From Hyaloraphidium curvatum SAG 235-1 (taxonomy: Eukaryota > Fungi > Monoblepharomycota): DNA of 64,000 bases. The stretch is taken from NCBI GenBank assembly GCA_025558095.1, contig JAIVFI010000028.1, forward strand, positions 1-64,000, given 5' to 3'. Of the stretch, positions 54,626-64,000 are shown in pieces (position 1 is the first letter of the stretch; each line of letters begins with the position of its first letter). A program made the position numbers and the translations under genes. Below the pieces are notes generated by a model that worked only from the letters and a program-made list of their open reading frames with translations, was not told where the DNA came from and searched no databases.

Positions 54626-55476
54626 CCCCAGGGACCGTTTACTCAGGCCCGGAATGACGTTTCCCGCGGACCGCCGGACCGAAGGGGCTGTGCTCCCGCT
54701 CCCGCCAGCGCTGCCGCGGTGGCGAGGTGCTGTGGGTCATCCGCTTGCCCCCGCTCCCAAAGTGTCGGATCCGCGCGCCAATCCCCGCACGAACCTCGTA
54801 CGGACTTTCCGGAGTCTCTTTTTGGGTACATGAAGAGCAGTTTGGCTCGGTTTGTGCCGGTTTCCATCGGAGGTTTCGCGCCGGGACCTCTGTTTCTTTT
54901 TCCGCCGGGGAACCGGGACCGCCCGGGTGCGGCCGGCCGGTCGTTGACGCATCGTCCCCCGTCGGCCCGGCGGCCGTACCGTTCGATCCCTCGGAAGTAG
55001 TGGAGGCCGCGGGTGGCCGTCGCGGTCCCCTTTGCGCGTCCGGGGCGCGCCTGCCGCGGAGGTGTTTGCTTGTGGGCGGGAGATCCCCTCGACCGCCGAA
55101 GCGCCGATCCCGCACCGACACAGCTGCGCGCCCAGACGTCATTGCTGGAATCGTACAGCTGATCCGGCTTCACGTCGCACGCAGGGGATCGCGGAACGTG
55201 AAACTCGCTGAAGCGAGGGTGGGCACGGCGGGGATGGAGGGGGCGGCCGCCATCGAGTGGAACGCTTGAGCCAATACATACAACGAACTCCAACAGCGTA
55301 CAGGGGAACTCATCTCTGCTTCGTCTACCCGGCCGGGGATCGTTCCCGTCCCCTGCTTCCATCCAACCTTCCGGCCCCACCGCGGGTCCTTCCTCGAGCT
55401 GCAACGCAAACGAACCGATTAACACGCGCACGAGCGCTGTACGAAAGCCAACTTGTCCGCATCCCCGACGGCGGGA

Positions 55477-56022
55477 TCACTTCCTCCCCCTTGCGGCTAC
55501 CTCGGGGCTCCACCGCAAAAAGAACCACTCCCTCGTCTGCCCCGTCGCCCCCGCGTACACCCTCGCGAGCAGCACCGCGGCCCAGATGGCCACCACCGCC
55601 GCCTCGCACTTCTTCGCCGTCTCGAGCGCCTCGGCCTGCGCGCCCGACAGCTTGCCCGAAAGGGAAGCCAGCCGCCCGTGCGCCCACAGCCCCGCCGCGA
55701 TGACGAGCAAAAGGTGCGCGTTGCACGCCTTGACCATGGCGTAGAAGCTCCCCGGCGAGAGCAACTTCCCCAGCGCGGGCGGCGTGCTGGGGGTGACCTC
55801 GTGTGTGCGGTAGTACATGAGCAACCCCAGGTGGATGGGCAGCTGGCCGTATGCGAGCACGGTGCGGAAGGCGAACCAGGCCGAGGGCCAGGCGGCGCCG
55901 AGCGCGGCGGGGAGGCCGGCGGCGGAGGCGGCGTGGAGCTGGTACAGCGTGACGGCGGAGGCGGCGCTGGCGGCGCACCAGTAGAGGAGGCGCAGCGGGG
56001 ACGGGCCGGCGGAGGATGCCAT
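55477..56022 (-). CDS. Small hypothetical membrane protein
   Basis: ORF MASSAGPSPLRLLYWC... with about 4 hydrophobic segments. The true start may lie further upstream. Confidence 0.55.
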   Translation of the reverse strand: MASSAGPSPLRLLYWCAASAASAVTLYQLHAASAAGLPAALGAAWPSAWFAFRTVLAYGQLPIHLGLLMYYRTHEVTPSTPPALGKLLSPGSFYAMVKACNAHLLLVIAAGLWAHGRLASLSGKLSGAQAEALETAKKCEAAVVAIWAAVLLARVYAGATGQTREWFFLRWSPEVAARGRK

Positions 56023-56807
56023 GTTGCGGCGGGGTTGGGCGCGGGTCGGGGCGCAGAACGAGCGGCGGCAAAAGGCAGCGTGCGGCGCAGCAGGGAGGCG
56101 GGACAAGACGGTCCGGGAGGCGCGGACGGCGCGGGGGCAGAGCCTGAGGGAATGTAAGGGGGACACTCACTCCTTTGCTCACTCCTCCAGCCGGGCGGCG
56201 TGGCGAACAATCAGCGAACCATCAGCTGTCTCCCATCCAAAGCCATCTCGAAACGCCTTGCCTCGCTATGGAGGTAATGCCGCCATGCTCCCACCGAAGC
56301 ATCTGCACGGCCCGCGGCCGGGCTGCGGCACCCGTCCCGGGGTCGTGAGTCAACACCGGCCACCATGCGCCGTCCCTCGCAGCCCTGGACCCCCGGCGCC
56401 CGCTGCCGACCGCCGTCCACAGACTGATTCCCAAGCCGCAGCTCGGACGTCCGGCAAGCAGGCCGCGTTCGCCCGTCCTGACTCGACCACCCTGGCGGGG
56501 CGGCCGGCGTGTCCAGGCCTGGATGGCCGCCAGAATCCCAGGCGGGAGAAACGGGGCGGTGCGGGCGCGGGAGGGAAACCGGGCGCGCGGGAGCCACCGC
56601 AGAGCACATACACGCATGGAGAGGGGCGAATGAGCGACGGACGGCCCGCCGACGCGCGACGGATAGGCTCGCTGGTCGTGGGGCGGTGCTGGCAAATCCT
56701 ATCCCATTGACGTGAGCGGTGGCGCGTGACTCACTACACTCCAACAGCAATTCCAACTCACAACGACAGAACAGCCAACGACGGCCGCCCGCATATCCGA
56801 CAACCGC

Positions 56808-57778
56808 ATGGCCGCGCTCGCCGCCGCGCCCCGCGGCCCGCCCGCGTCGCCCGCCGAGGCCGAGGCGTGGGTCGCCGGCTGGGTGCGCTTCGTGCGGTCC
56901 AACCCGCAGACCGCGTGGGCCGCCGCCTCGCGGCCGGAGCAGGCCACGCCGCCGCTCTCCGCGTCGCGCCACGCCGCGCAGCCGACGGCGCTGTCGAGCG
57001 ACCCGCCGCGGAGGCCGCCGTCGAGACCGCCCGGCCCGCCCGGCCCGGCAGGCGCCCTCCGCCGCGAGCCGCTCCCGAGCCCCGCCGTGTCGGAGGTCGC
57101 CTCCTCCTTCGGCGAGGCGCCCTCGTTCGACTCGAACTTCGACGCCGCGGACGCCGACGCCGCCCTCGCGTTCGCCGAGGACCCGGAAAGGACAATCACA
57201 AGGCAGCTGCTCGGGCTGCAGCTCCCGCAGGCCTCGCACGCCTCGGACCCTTCCCCCTTCTTCCCGCACATCGCCGCGTCCGCCGTCGCCCCCCTCGTCG
57301 CAGCGGACACCGCCGCCCCCCGCCGCACCGCCTCCGAGGGCGCCCGCAACCTCAACCCCAGGACTTTGGAGGCGGCGTACCTCCTGGACCTGCGGCACCG
57401 TGCGCAGCGCATCGCGTCGGCGGCGCTGGTGCTGGCCCCCGCGAGCAGGGCGGCGGCGCTGGCGGCCGAGGCGGCGGAGATCAGGAGCGCCTTTGGGAAA
57501 AAGGCGGCGGAGCTCGAGAAGGGGGGGTTCAGGGCGACGAGGCTGAGGGAGGCAACGGAGACGGTGGCAAAAGAATGCTTGCTGGCGGCGGAGGCGTGCA
57601 TGCGCACGGCGGAGGTGGGTTGCCCGGACGGCGCGACCAGTTTCCGTTGCTGATCAGCAAGTTGGGCTTGGGGGACCCACAGACCGCACCGGAACCCGAC
57701 CTCTCCTCCGCCTACGTCTGCCCCTCGTGCCACCAGCTCGTCGCGGGCTACGGCGAGGCCCACGCCTGCGGGTGGTAG
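56808..57778 (+). CDS. Hypothetical protein with a C-terminal CxxC..H.C motif (1 intron inferred)
   Basis: GC3-rich ORF 56808-~57614, then a GTGGGT...GCTGAT..AAG intron, then DPQTAPEPDLSSAYVCPSCHQLVAGYGEAHACGW*. Confidence 0.5.
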
Positions 57779-58351
57779 CCCCGACTCTGGGCTGCTCCCC
57801 CAACCGACTCGACATCCTTCCCCCATTCTTGACCTCTTTCGCCCGCGGATCCGGGCCCGATCATTGCTCGTTACCCTCTGGCCGCATAGGCCGTGTACAT
57901 AGCACATTAGATGGACGTGGATGCGCGATCTTGACCCCTTCCGTGGACCCACCCTTCCTCGGAGCCCCCCTCACGCCACTAGAGGACGGGAAGCCTGCAC
58001 CGTGATCCCCACCCCCAGCCCCCCTGAACACGGACCATGCACGGCGCGACGGTCAGCGTCGCGAGGGTGGTCTCCATCCCAGCAATGGTGAACAGACGTC
58101 CCCGATCCTTGGTCATTCGACGCACGGAAAGCGGTCCGAGGACGGTTCTATTGATCGGGTGTACGGCAATCCATGCGCGATGGCTCCAATCAATAACAGA
58201 TGACTAACCTCCTAGTTCAGCATTTAGAGTTTGGGCCGACGCCTTCTTCCGATATCGGGCCCCGGGCTGGCGGCTGGTGCCCGGCTGCGACGGGGACGCT
58301 CAGGCGCTGACTCCGTCGAGGGACCACAACTTCGTCTTCCTCAGCAACAGT

Positions 58352-59206
58352 ATGCGGCTCTGCTGCTCTTAGCAACCCTGCTCTTTTGGTTCGCGGCGCT
58401 CGCGCACGGATCCACCGAGGCCGCTGCGCCCTCCGAATGACGTCCACCGCCGCGTCTTGGAGATCATCGCGCACCCGTCGACGCACCTGCCCACCCCCGA
58501 GGAGCTTGTGAAGCTCCCGCAAGACCGCCTCATGGTGGAAAAGGCCATGGACACCGCCGACCCCGCAGTCGCCGAAGCCGCGCGCGCCCGGGGCTTCGTC
58601 GGCGCCGACGGCGTCGCCCGCTTCTCCTTCGCCCTCGAGCCCACCCGCCCGCACAACACTTCCGAGACACTGCACCTTCCTGATCCCGTGGCACCGACGG
58701 GCAACAAGACCTAGGACACTGCTGTGGGTCAGGTGTTTACCTTTCCGTACCTCCCCGGCGGCCAGGGCAGCTGTCTCCAGTTCAAGAAGGTCGACCAGCT
58801 GAGGTATCAGAACGCTTACGTTTCTTTCTACATTTCGGAAGGCAATGATGATGCAATCGCGTTCATTGCTTTTCGGGGTAGCGATGACAACGACGACTGG
58901 TACAACAGGAACCTCAAGCAATGCTATACGGCGGGCTACAGCTGCGGCTTCGTGCACGGCGGCCTCTTGGATCATTACGAGATAGGGAACTACGCCGTGT
59001 CCAGCTTCGTGATGACCTGGATCAACAGCGCATCTCCGGGTCGCAGGCTGTTCCTGACCGGACATTCCTTGGGATCCGTCATGAGCGCTTTCGCAGCCCA
59101 CGAAGCCGGCCTGTGGGCGTCCAGGCCGTCGTCACAATCGTCTAATGAGTTGAGAAGAATGGTGAGAGCCTTTGAATCCAATCCAAGTCTGGGAGAGAGG
59201 GACTAG
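58352..59206 (+). pseudogene. Secreted class 3 lipase pseudogene
   Basis: IAFRGS, FVHGG and LFLTGHSLG (GxSxG). The signal peptide is frameshifted, there is an in-frame TAG at 58712-58714, and the catalytic Asp/His half is missing. Confidence 0.75.
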
Positions 59207-59300
59207 AAAAAGGCGACAAAGCAAACAGACTCATGTCTCTAGAGAGAAAAGGTCAATCAATCCGCGTACATGCTTGGGGTATCGCACTCGGGTATCGAAT

Positions 59301-60753
59301 CTACTTCTTGACAATCTGGCGGGAAGGCGGTTTCAGGCCGCGGCTCGCCCCTCCCGACACGCGCCACCAACCTGCACCACGTCCTCGTTGTCCAGCACGT
59401 GCTTCAGCCCCACCCTCTGCGGCTGGTGCTTGGTGCTCGTCCCCCACACCAGGGCGTACTTGAAGTCGCTCGCCAGGCTGCGGTGTATGCGGTGGCAAAA
59501 GTCCTCGACCGTCGCCCCCCTGCGGACGACCAGCCCTCCCTGCAGGTCCGGGAACTCGCCACGCTTCTTGGTGTACACCCGCGTGAGCTGCAAATTGCGC
59601 CAGATGGCGTCGACCAGCCCGTCCAGGTTGATCCTCCCCGTCGTCGAGATGACGACCGAGTGCGGCTGGCGCGCGAGCCGGTCCACCTCCTCCAGGCTGA
59701 TGGCGTCGATCTTGTTGTACACGTACAGCGCGCGGATGTACTTGCGGTTGCCCAGCACGACGTCGATGAAGTCGTCCACGGTGCAGTCCTCGCGCACCAG
59801 GACCTCGGCGTTGTGGACCTTGTAGTCCCGCAGGATCTGCGAGACGAGCTTCTCGGAGAGGTGGGTGAGCTTGCAGGTGGCGGTGAAGGAGATGCCGCCG
59901 CCCTTCTTGACCTTGAAGTAGACTGTGGGGCAGAAAGCCTGGTTGGTCTGGGGTCGTTGACCTGACCTCGGCATCGGCACCCACGGTTCGGCCGGGCCTT
60001 GTTGATCCTGATTCCGATGCTCTCCAGCTCCCGCTCCAGGATCGCCTTGTGGTCCCCGAACTTGGTCGCGTCCAGCATCACCAGGATCAAATCCGCCGTC
60101 TTTGCCACGGCCACGACCTGCCTCCCCCTGCCCTTGCCCTGTGCGGCGCCCTCGATGATCCCCGGCAGGTCGAGGAGCTGGATCGTCGCGCCGTCGTACT
60201 GGATCTTGCCGGGGATCGCGGTCAGGGTGGTGAACTCGTAGGCCGCGGCCTCGGAGTGCGTGTCCGTGACCGTGTTGAGGAGCGTCGACTTGCCGACTGG
60301 CGGGCGGGGTCAGCTCCATCTGCTCCGCCGGCGGACGTGCAGCGCGACAGACGAACCGGACGGGAACCCGATCATGACCACGCGCGCGTCGCCGCTCTTC
60401 ATGACGTCGAAACCTTCCCCGGGCTTGCCGCCCTTGCCCTGCGGCTCGAGGAGCATGGCGCGGAACTTGGCGAGCTTGGCTTTGAGCATGCCGACATGGT
60501 GTTCCGTCGCCTGGGGCGCGCAAAGGAGGGGGGCATAGTCGCGTGGAAGGGGCGAGAGGACGGGAAGGGCAGCGGTAGAGTCCGTTGAGGGCGCGATTCA
60601 AGGTCGGCCGCCGCCAACCGTCAACACACCTTGTTCTTCTGCGTCCGGCTGAGCTCCAGCTTCATTCGCGGGCCACAGTCAGCCATCGAGTCCTCCGCGG
60701 GCCGCCGGCAATGGACGCACCTCAATGTCCTTGATCTTCTCCGTGATCCCCAT
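59301..60753 (-). CDS. RBG2: Developmentally regulated GTP-binding protein 2 (Rbg2/DRG2), 5 introns inferred
   Basis: [70 protein letters not shown] and a TGS domain ending DVVQIVKK. Confidence 0.93.
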
Positions 60754-60914
60754 CGTGACCCGCCGCCCTCGTTACTCAACTCCAGATTCGCGTCACGAGC
60801 GCCCGACGGGTCGATGGCTGCCACCTCCGCTCGGGAAGGGGCGCCGCGTGGGGGTTGTTTACGCCGGGAGTTCCCTTGGCGTCCATCGCACTCCGCCTCG
60901 ATCGCGACTGCAGG

Positions 60915-61523
60915 ATGGACGAGCCCTCGAGCCCGATCCTGCGCTCCCTCGCGCGGCTCTCGCGGCCGTCGCCCTCGCCGCTCCCCGCGCTGAACCTGCG
61001 CGCCGCCCTGCGCCGCCCGCTGCTGCTCCCGACCGCGCTCTTCGCGGCCGTCATGCTCTTCCTCGGCCTCGTCCCGCGCAGCGCAACCCCCGCGTGGCTG
61101 GCACGGATCAACGACAAGTTGCTGCACTTTTCGTGCTTCGGCCTGCTGTCGGTGCTGTGCGTGCTGGCGTGGGAGCTCGAGGACCTCGCCCCCGTGGACG
61201 CGGATTTGGACACGCGGCACTGGGGCGTGCTGCTGGCCGCGAAGCGCGCGATGAGGACAAAGGCGGGGCTGACCGCAGCAGGAATGGTGGCGATGGGCGT
61301 GGGAAGCGAGTTTGCGCAGGGGATCCTGTCGCCGGTTCGTCTCCCTGCGCGCTGTCGTGCTTCTCGGCTGATCCGGTGCTTGTTTGCGATTCAGTCCCGC
61401 ACCTTTGACGTGGACGACATTGCGTTCAACCTGCTGGGCATCGCGGTCGGAATCCCGCTCGGCGCCCTGGCGGACAAGTGGTATACGTCAAGGCTCACAG
61501 GAACCGACTACGCGCCGGTGTAG
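60915..61523 (+). CDS. VanZ-like family membrane protein (1 in-frame intron likely)
   Basis: INDKLLHFSCFGLL, GSEFAQG and RTFDVDDIAFNLLG. Confidence 0.8.
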   Translation: MDEPSSPILRSLARLSRPSPSPLPALNLRAALRRPLLLPTALFAAVMLFLGLVPRSATPAWLARINDKLLHFSCFGLLSVLCVLAWELEDLAPVDADLDTRHWGVLLAAKRAMRTKAGLTAAGMVAMGVGSEFAQGILSPVRLPARCRASRLIRCLFAIQSRTFDVDDIAFNLLGIAVGIPLGALADKWYTSRLTGTDYAPV

Positions 61524-61685
61524 GGCACGCCTCACAGCTCGATGGTTCAGGTCGTCTACTGTGCGAGGTGGGAGATGGACATTGTGCCCAAGTTCCCCGT
61601 GTTCTAACTCTATGCGATCTTTTCTCCTACGACCAAACAGGACTTGACTTCCAGATCTGGCCTCGCCCGCGCACCCTTGCCTCAC

Positions 61686-62902
61686 TCACGGCATGTTGGG
61701 CACGCCGGCCTCGAACCCCCTCTCCTCGTACACGCCCATCTTCCTCTGGATCGGCTCCTCGTCGGCGACAAACACGAACGCCGGCTCGGTGGCGCTGGCG
61801 TTGCTTAGGGTGATGTCGGCGTACCCGGGCGCGCACGCCGTGTCGGCCGTCGCGAGCGCAAAGTCCCTGCCGTCGACCCGCACCGCCGCTGCCCCCTCGA
61901 TGGCGTGGAACACCTGCGCGGCGCTCCGCACGGGCAGCCTGAGCTGCTGCCCCGGGCGGAGCATCATCGCCCCGAAGCCGAGGTTGTTCTCGCACGGCGC
62001 GCCGGTCTCGGGGTTGACGTACGACACCTGCACGCGCTCCTCGCCGGCCTCGGCCAGCGCCAGCAGCGCCGCCTTGGCCTCGGCCCAGGGGTAGCGCAGC
62101 ATGGGGTAGGGATCGGCGGCGCGGCGGAAGGCCGGGGTCGGGAGCACCCCGCCGCGGGCGTAGAGCTTGTCGCCGCGCTTGGCCGTGTGCCCCTGCCTCG
62201 AGCCCTCGATGACGTACGACGCCTCGGCGTAGTACACGAGGGGCAGGTCGAGCACGTCCAGCCAGACCACGGGCTCCGAGCCGGCGTGCTCGTGCTCGTG
62301 CCACTGCCCCGTCGGGGTGAGGATCAGGTCGCCGCGCTCCATCGGACACTTCTCGCCCGCCACGACGGTGTAGGCGCCCTTGCCCTCGACCACCATGCGC
62401 ACGGCGTTGGGGGTGTGCCGGTGGGCGGGTGCGAACTCGCCGGGCAGCAAAAGCTGCATGCCTAGGTAGATCGACGGCGACGCCTGCATGTTCTCGAGGC
62501 CGCGGCCGGGGTTGGCGAGGACGAGCACGCGGCGCTCGGCCTTTTCCATGGGGGTGAGCTCGCCGGCCTTGAGGAGCAGGGGGCGGATGTCCTTGTAGGC
62601 CCACGCGGTGGCCTGCGTGCGTCGCGAGGGCACGCCGGGGGGGAGGACGGCGCGGAGGGATGGCCACAGGGGGACCAGGTTGAGCTTGGTCAGGTCGTCG
62701 CGGTAGTCCTGCAATGGGACGAAAGAGTCAGCACGATTCTCAGCTTCAAGGGCAGTCGGCCGCGCACCTGCGGCAGATCTTCGAGCCGCCCGAGGGCCGG
62801 CAGGTCCGTGATGGTCTCCTGCATCTTGCCGGCCGCCTTGGCGGCGGCCTGCGGGGCGACAGCGTGCACGCCGTTGGCGACTTCCTGGGTGACGGGGGAC
62901 AT
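61686..62902 (-). CDS. Gentisate 1,2-dioxygenase (bicupin), 1 intron
   Basis: KAERRVLVLANPG, QLLLPGEFAPAHRHTPNAVR, GDLILTP..WHEH, WLDVLDLP, RYPW and YVNPETG. A GTGCGC...TGCAG intron lies between LPQ and DYRDD. Confidence 0.9.
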
Positions 62903-63283
62903 GCTGGTGTGCGTCGGGTACTCCGGGTGGTGAGATGCCGTTCCTTCGGGCGAATCGCTTCGGGCACGGGCGGCGTTGACTGCCTCCCGCTGCTTTAATG
63001 ACTCAAGCGTTGCCCCCCGACGGCTGCATGCGGGAGTGGCGAGGGGGGCGAAGCTCCGTACGGGGGGCAAATCGAGAGGGACCTTTAACCCCCGGTTCGG
63101 ACGGACGGCAAACCTCGTATCCTCCAGCTCACATCTCCACTCGTTGCACTCGGCACTCATTCGCCCGAAGCCATGTCGAGCCTGAACGTGCAGAAGCCGG
63201 ACGTCGACGTCGGTGCGTCCCTTTCTCGCCGCGTCTGTATGTAATGAGGAGCTAGCAATCCCACCGTACACTTAGAAATCCCC

Positions 63284-64000
63284 CTACGCCCCAAGAATCA
63301 GCTCCTCATCTACATTCAAACCAAATGCGACCGGCGCGGGGGCCGGAGCGTTGACAGCGGCGGCTTCGGTGCACAGCTGAAGCCAGTGTTGGAGTTGGGC
63401 CGCGACGCCAAGAGCCCAGGCCACCGCGATCCGTTCGCGGAAGCGCCGCACAAAACGAGAGTAAAGGCCATCGAGGTCCACGGGCTGCCCATCGCGGCCG
63501 ACGATCCCGGGATACTGGATGCGCCCCATCTCCGAGGAGAAGCGCGAGAAAGTGGCAGAGACAGCGCTGTACGAATCAAAAGCAAGCACGATCAGAGGGT
63601 AGAAGTTGGCGTTGAAGACGAAACGGGAGTAGTCCTTCCTGGCGGCCTCGACCCGCCGTTCGACTGCGTGGCCCGGGACCGAGAAGACCAGGCCCGTGTG
63701 CAAATGGGCCATAGAGGTGAGGGTCTTGATCTCGAGCAACCACCGTTTCCGGGTTTCGCGGTGCGTGATGAGAACGTCGCCAAGGCGGCCAGCATCCGCA
63801 GGCGTGGGCGGGGTGACAGTCTCGTAGCCATGTGCAAGGAGGTTTGGCGGCATGGGGTGCACGCGGAGGAGCGGGATGGAGCGAAGCGCCGCGCGGATGG
63901 CCGCGCAAATGTCGTCGTGACCAGGACTGAAGAGATCCCGGCCATAGCAGCCCGAGAACGCGTGCTCCCCCGTCAGCGACATGGCCGATCGCTTGCAGCC
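63284..64000 (-). mobile_element. 3' end of a non-LTR retrotransposon with a restriction-like endonuclease (CRE/R2/NeSL-type)
   Basis: Zinc-knuckle remnant GEHAFSGC, an RHD-like GHDDI, PD-(D/E)xK-like RLGDVLIT...LLEIK, RKDY and FYPLIVLAFDSY. The ORF runs off the right edge. Confidence 0.7.

Noticed and set aside
1-64000. Prokaryotic origin or operon interpretation suggested by high GC and bacterial-like enzymes
   Set aside because: Consistent spliceosomal introns and eukaryote-specific genes (C2H2 factor, TBC, RPA14, CAMK) occur throughout.

Overview
This is eukaryotic, very GC-rich, gene-dense DNA. It has short (about 50-70 nt) GT-AG introns with GTGGG/GTGAG/GTGCG donors and CTGAC/CTAAC branch sites. 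Housekeeping genes (RBG2/DRG2, RFA3, SDT1-like, CAMK kinase, flavohemoglobin) look fungal. My inference is an early-diverging zoosporic-lineage fungus such as a monoblepharid (Hyaloraphidium-like); this is not verified. Many supplied ORFs are shadows or unspliced exon fragments. (1) The first ~17.6 kb is a birth-and-death array of 8 copies (5 apparently intact) of a secreted precursor family. Each has a signal peptide, FAR|S, a 4-Cys pro-peptide, LYRR|Y and a variable Cys-rich mature domain; one member has swapped its mature domain. The copies are interleaved with repeated pieces of a VOC/glyoxalase gene and a C2H2 zinc-finger gene. (2) Three dispersed paralogs of an unannotated 7-TM family have a topology and TM7 motif resembling the gustatory-receptor-like/DUF3537 7TM ion-channel superfamily. 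(3) Several bacterial-type genes are present, some with introns: a BcsA-like GT2 with a premature stop, a secreted PQQ/GSDH-NPCBM dehydrogenase, a soluble HMG-CoA reductase, a PhyH-HEAT dioxygenase, gentisate dioxygenase and VOC. (4) Three tandem small ORFs share a PDLxxxW motif. The window also holds a lipase pseudogene and, at the right edge, the 3' end of a REL-endonuclease non-LTR retrotransposon. No rRNA, tRNA or CRISPR array was recognised. All coordinates and splice models were derived by eye.
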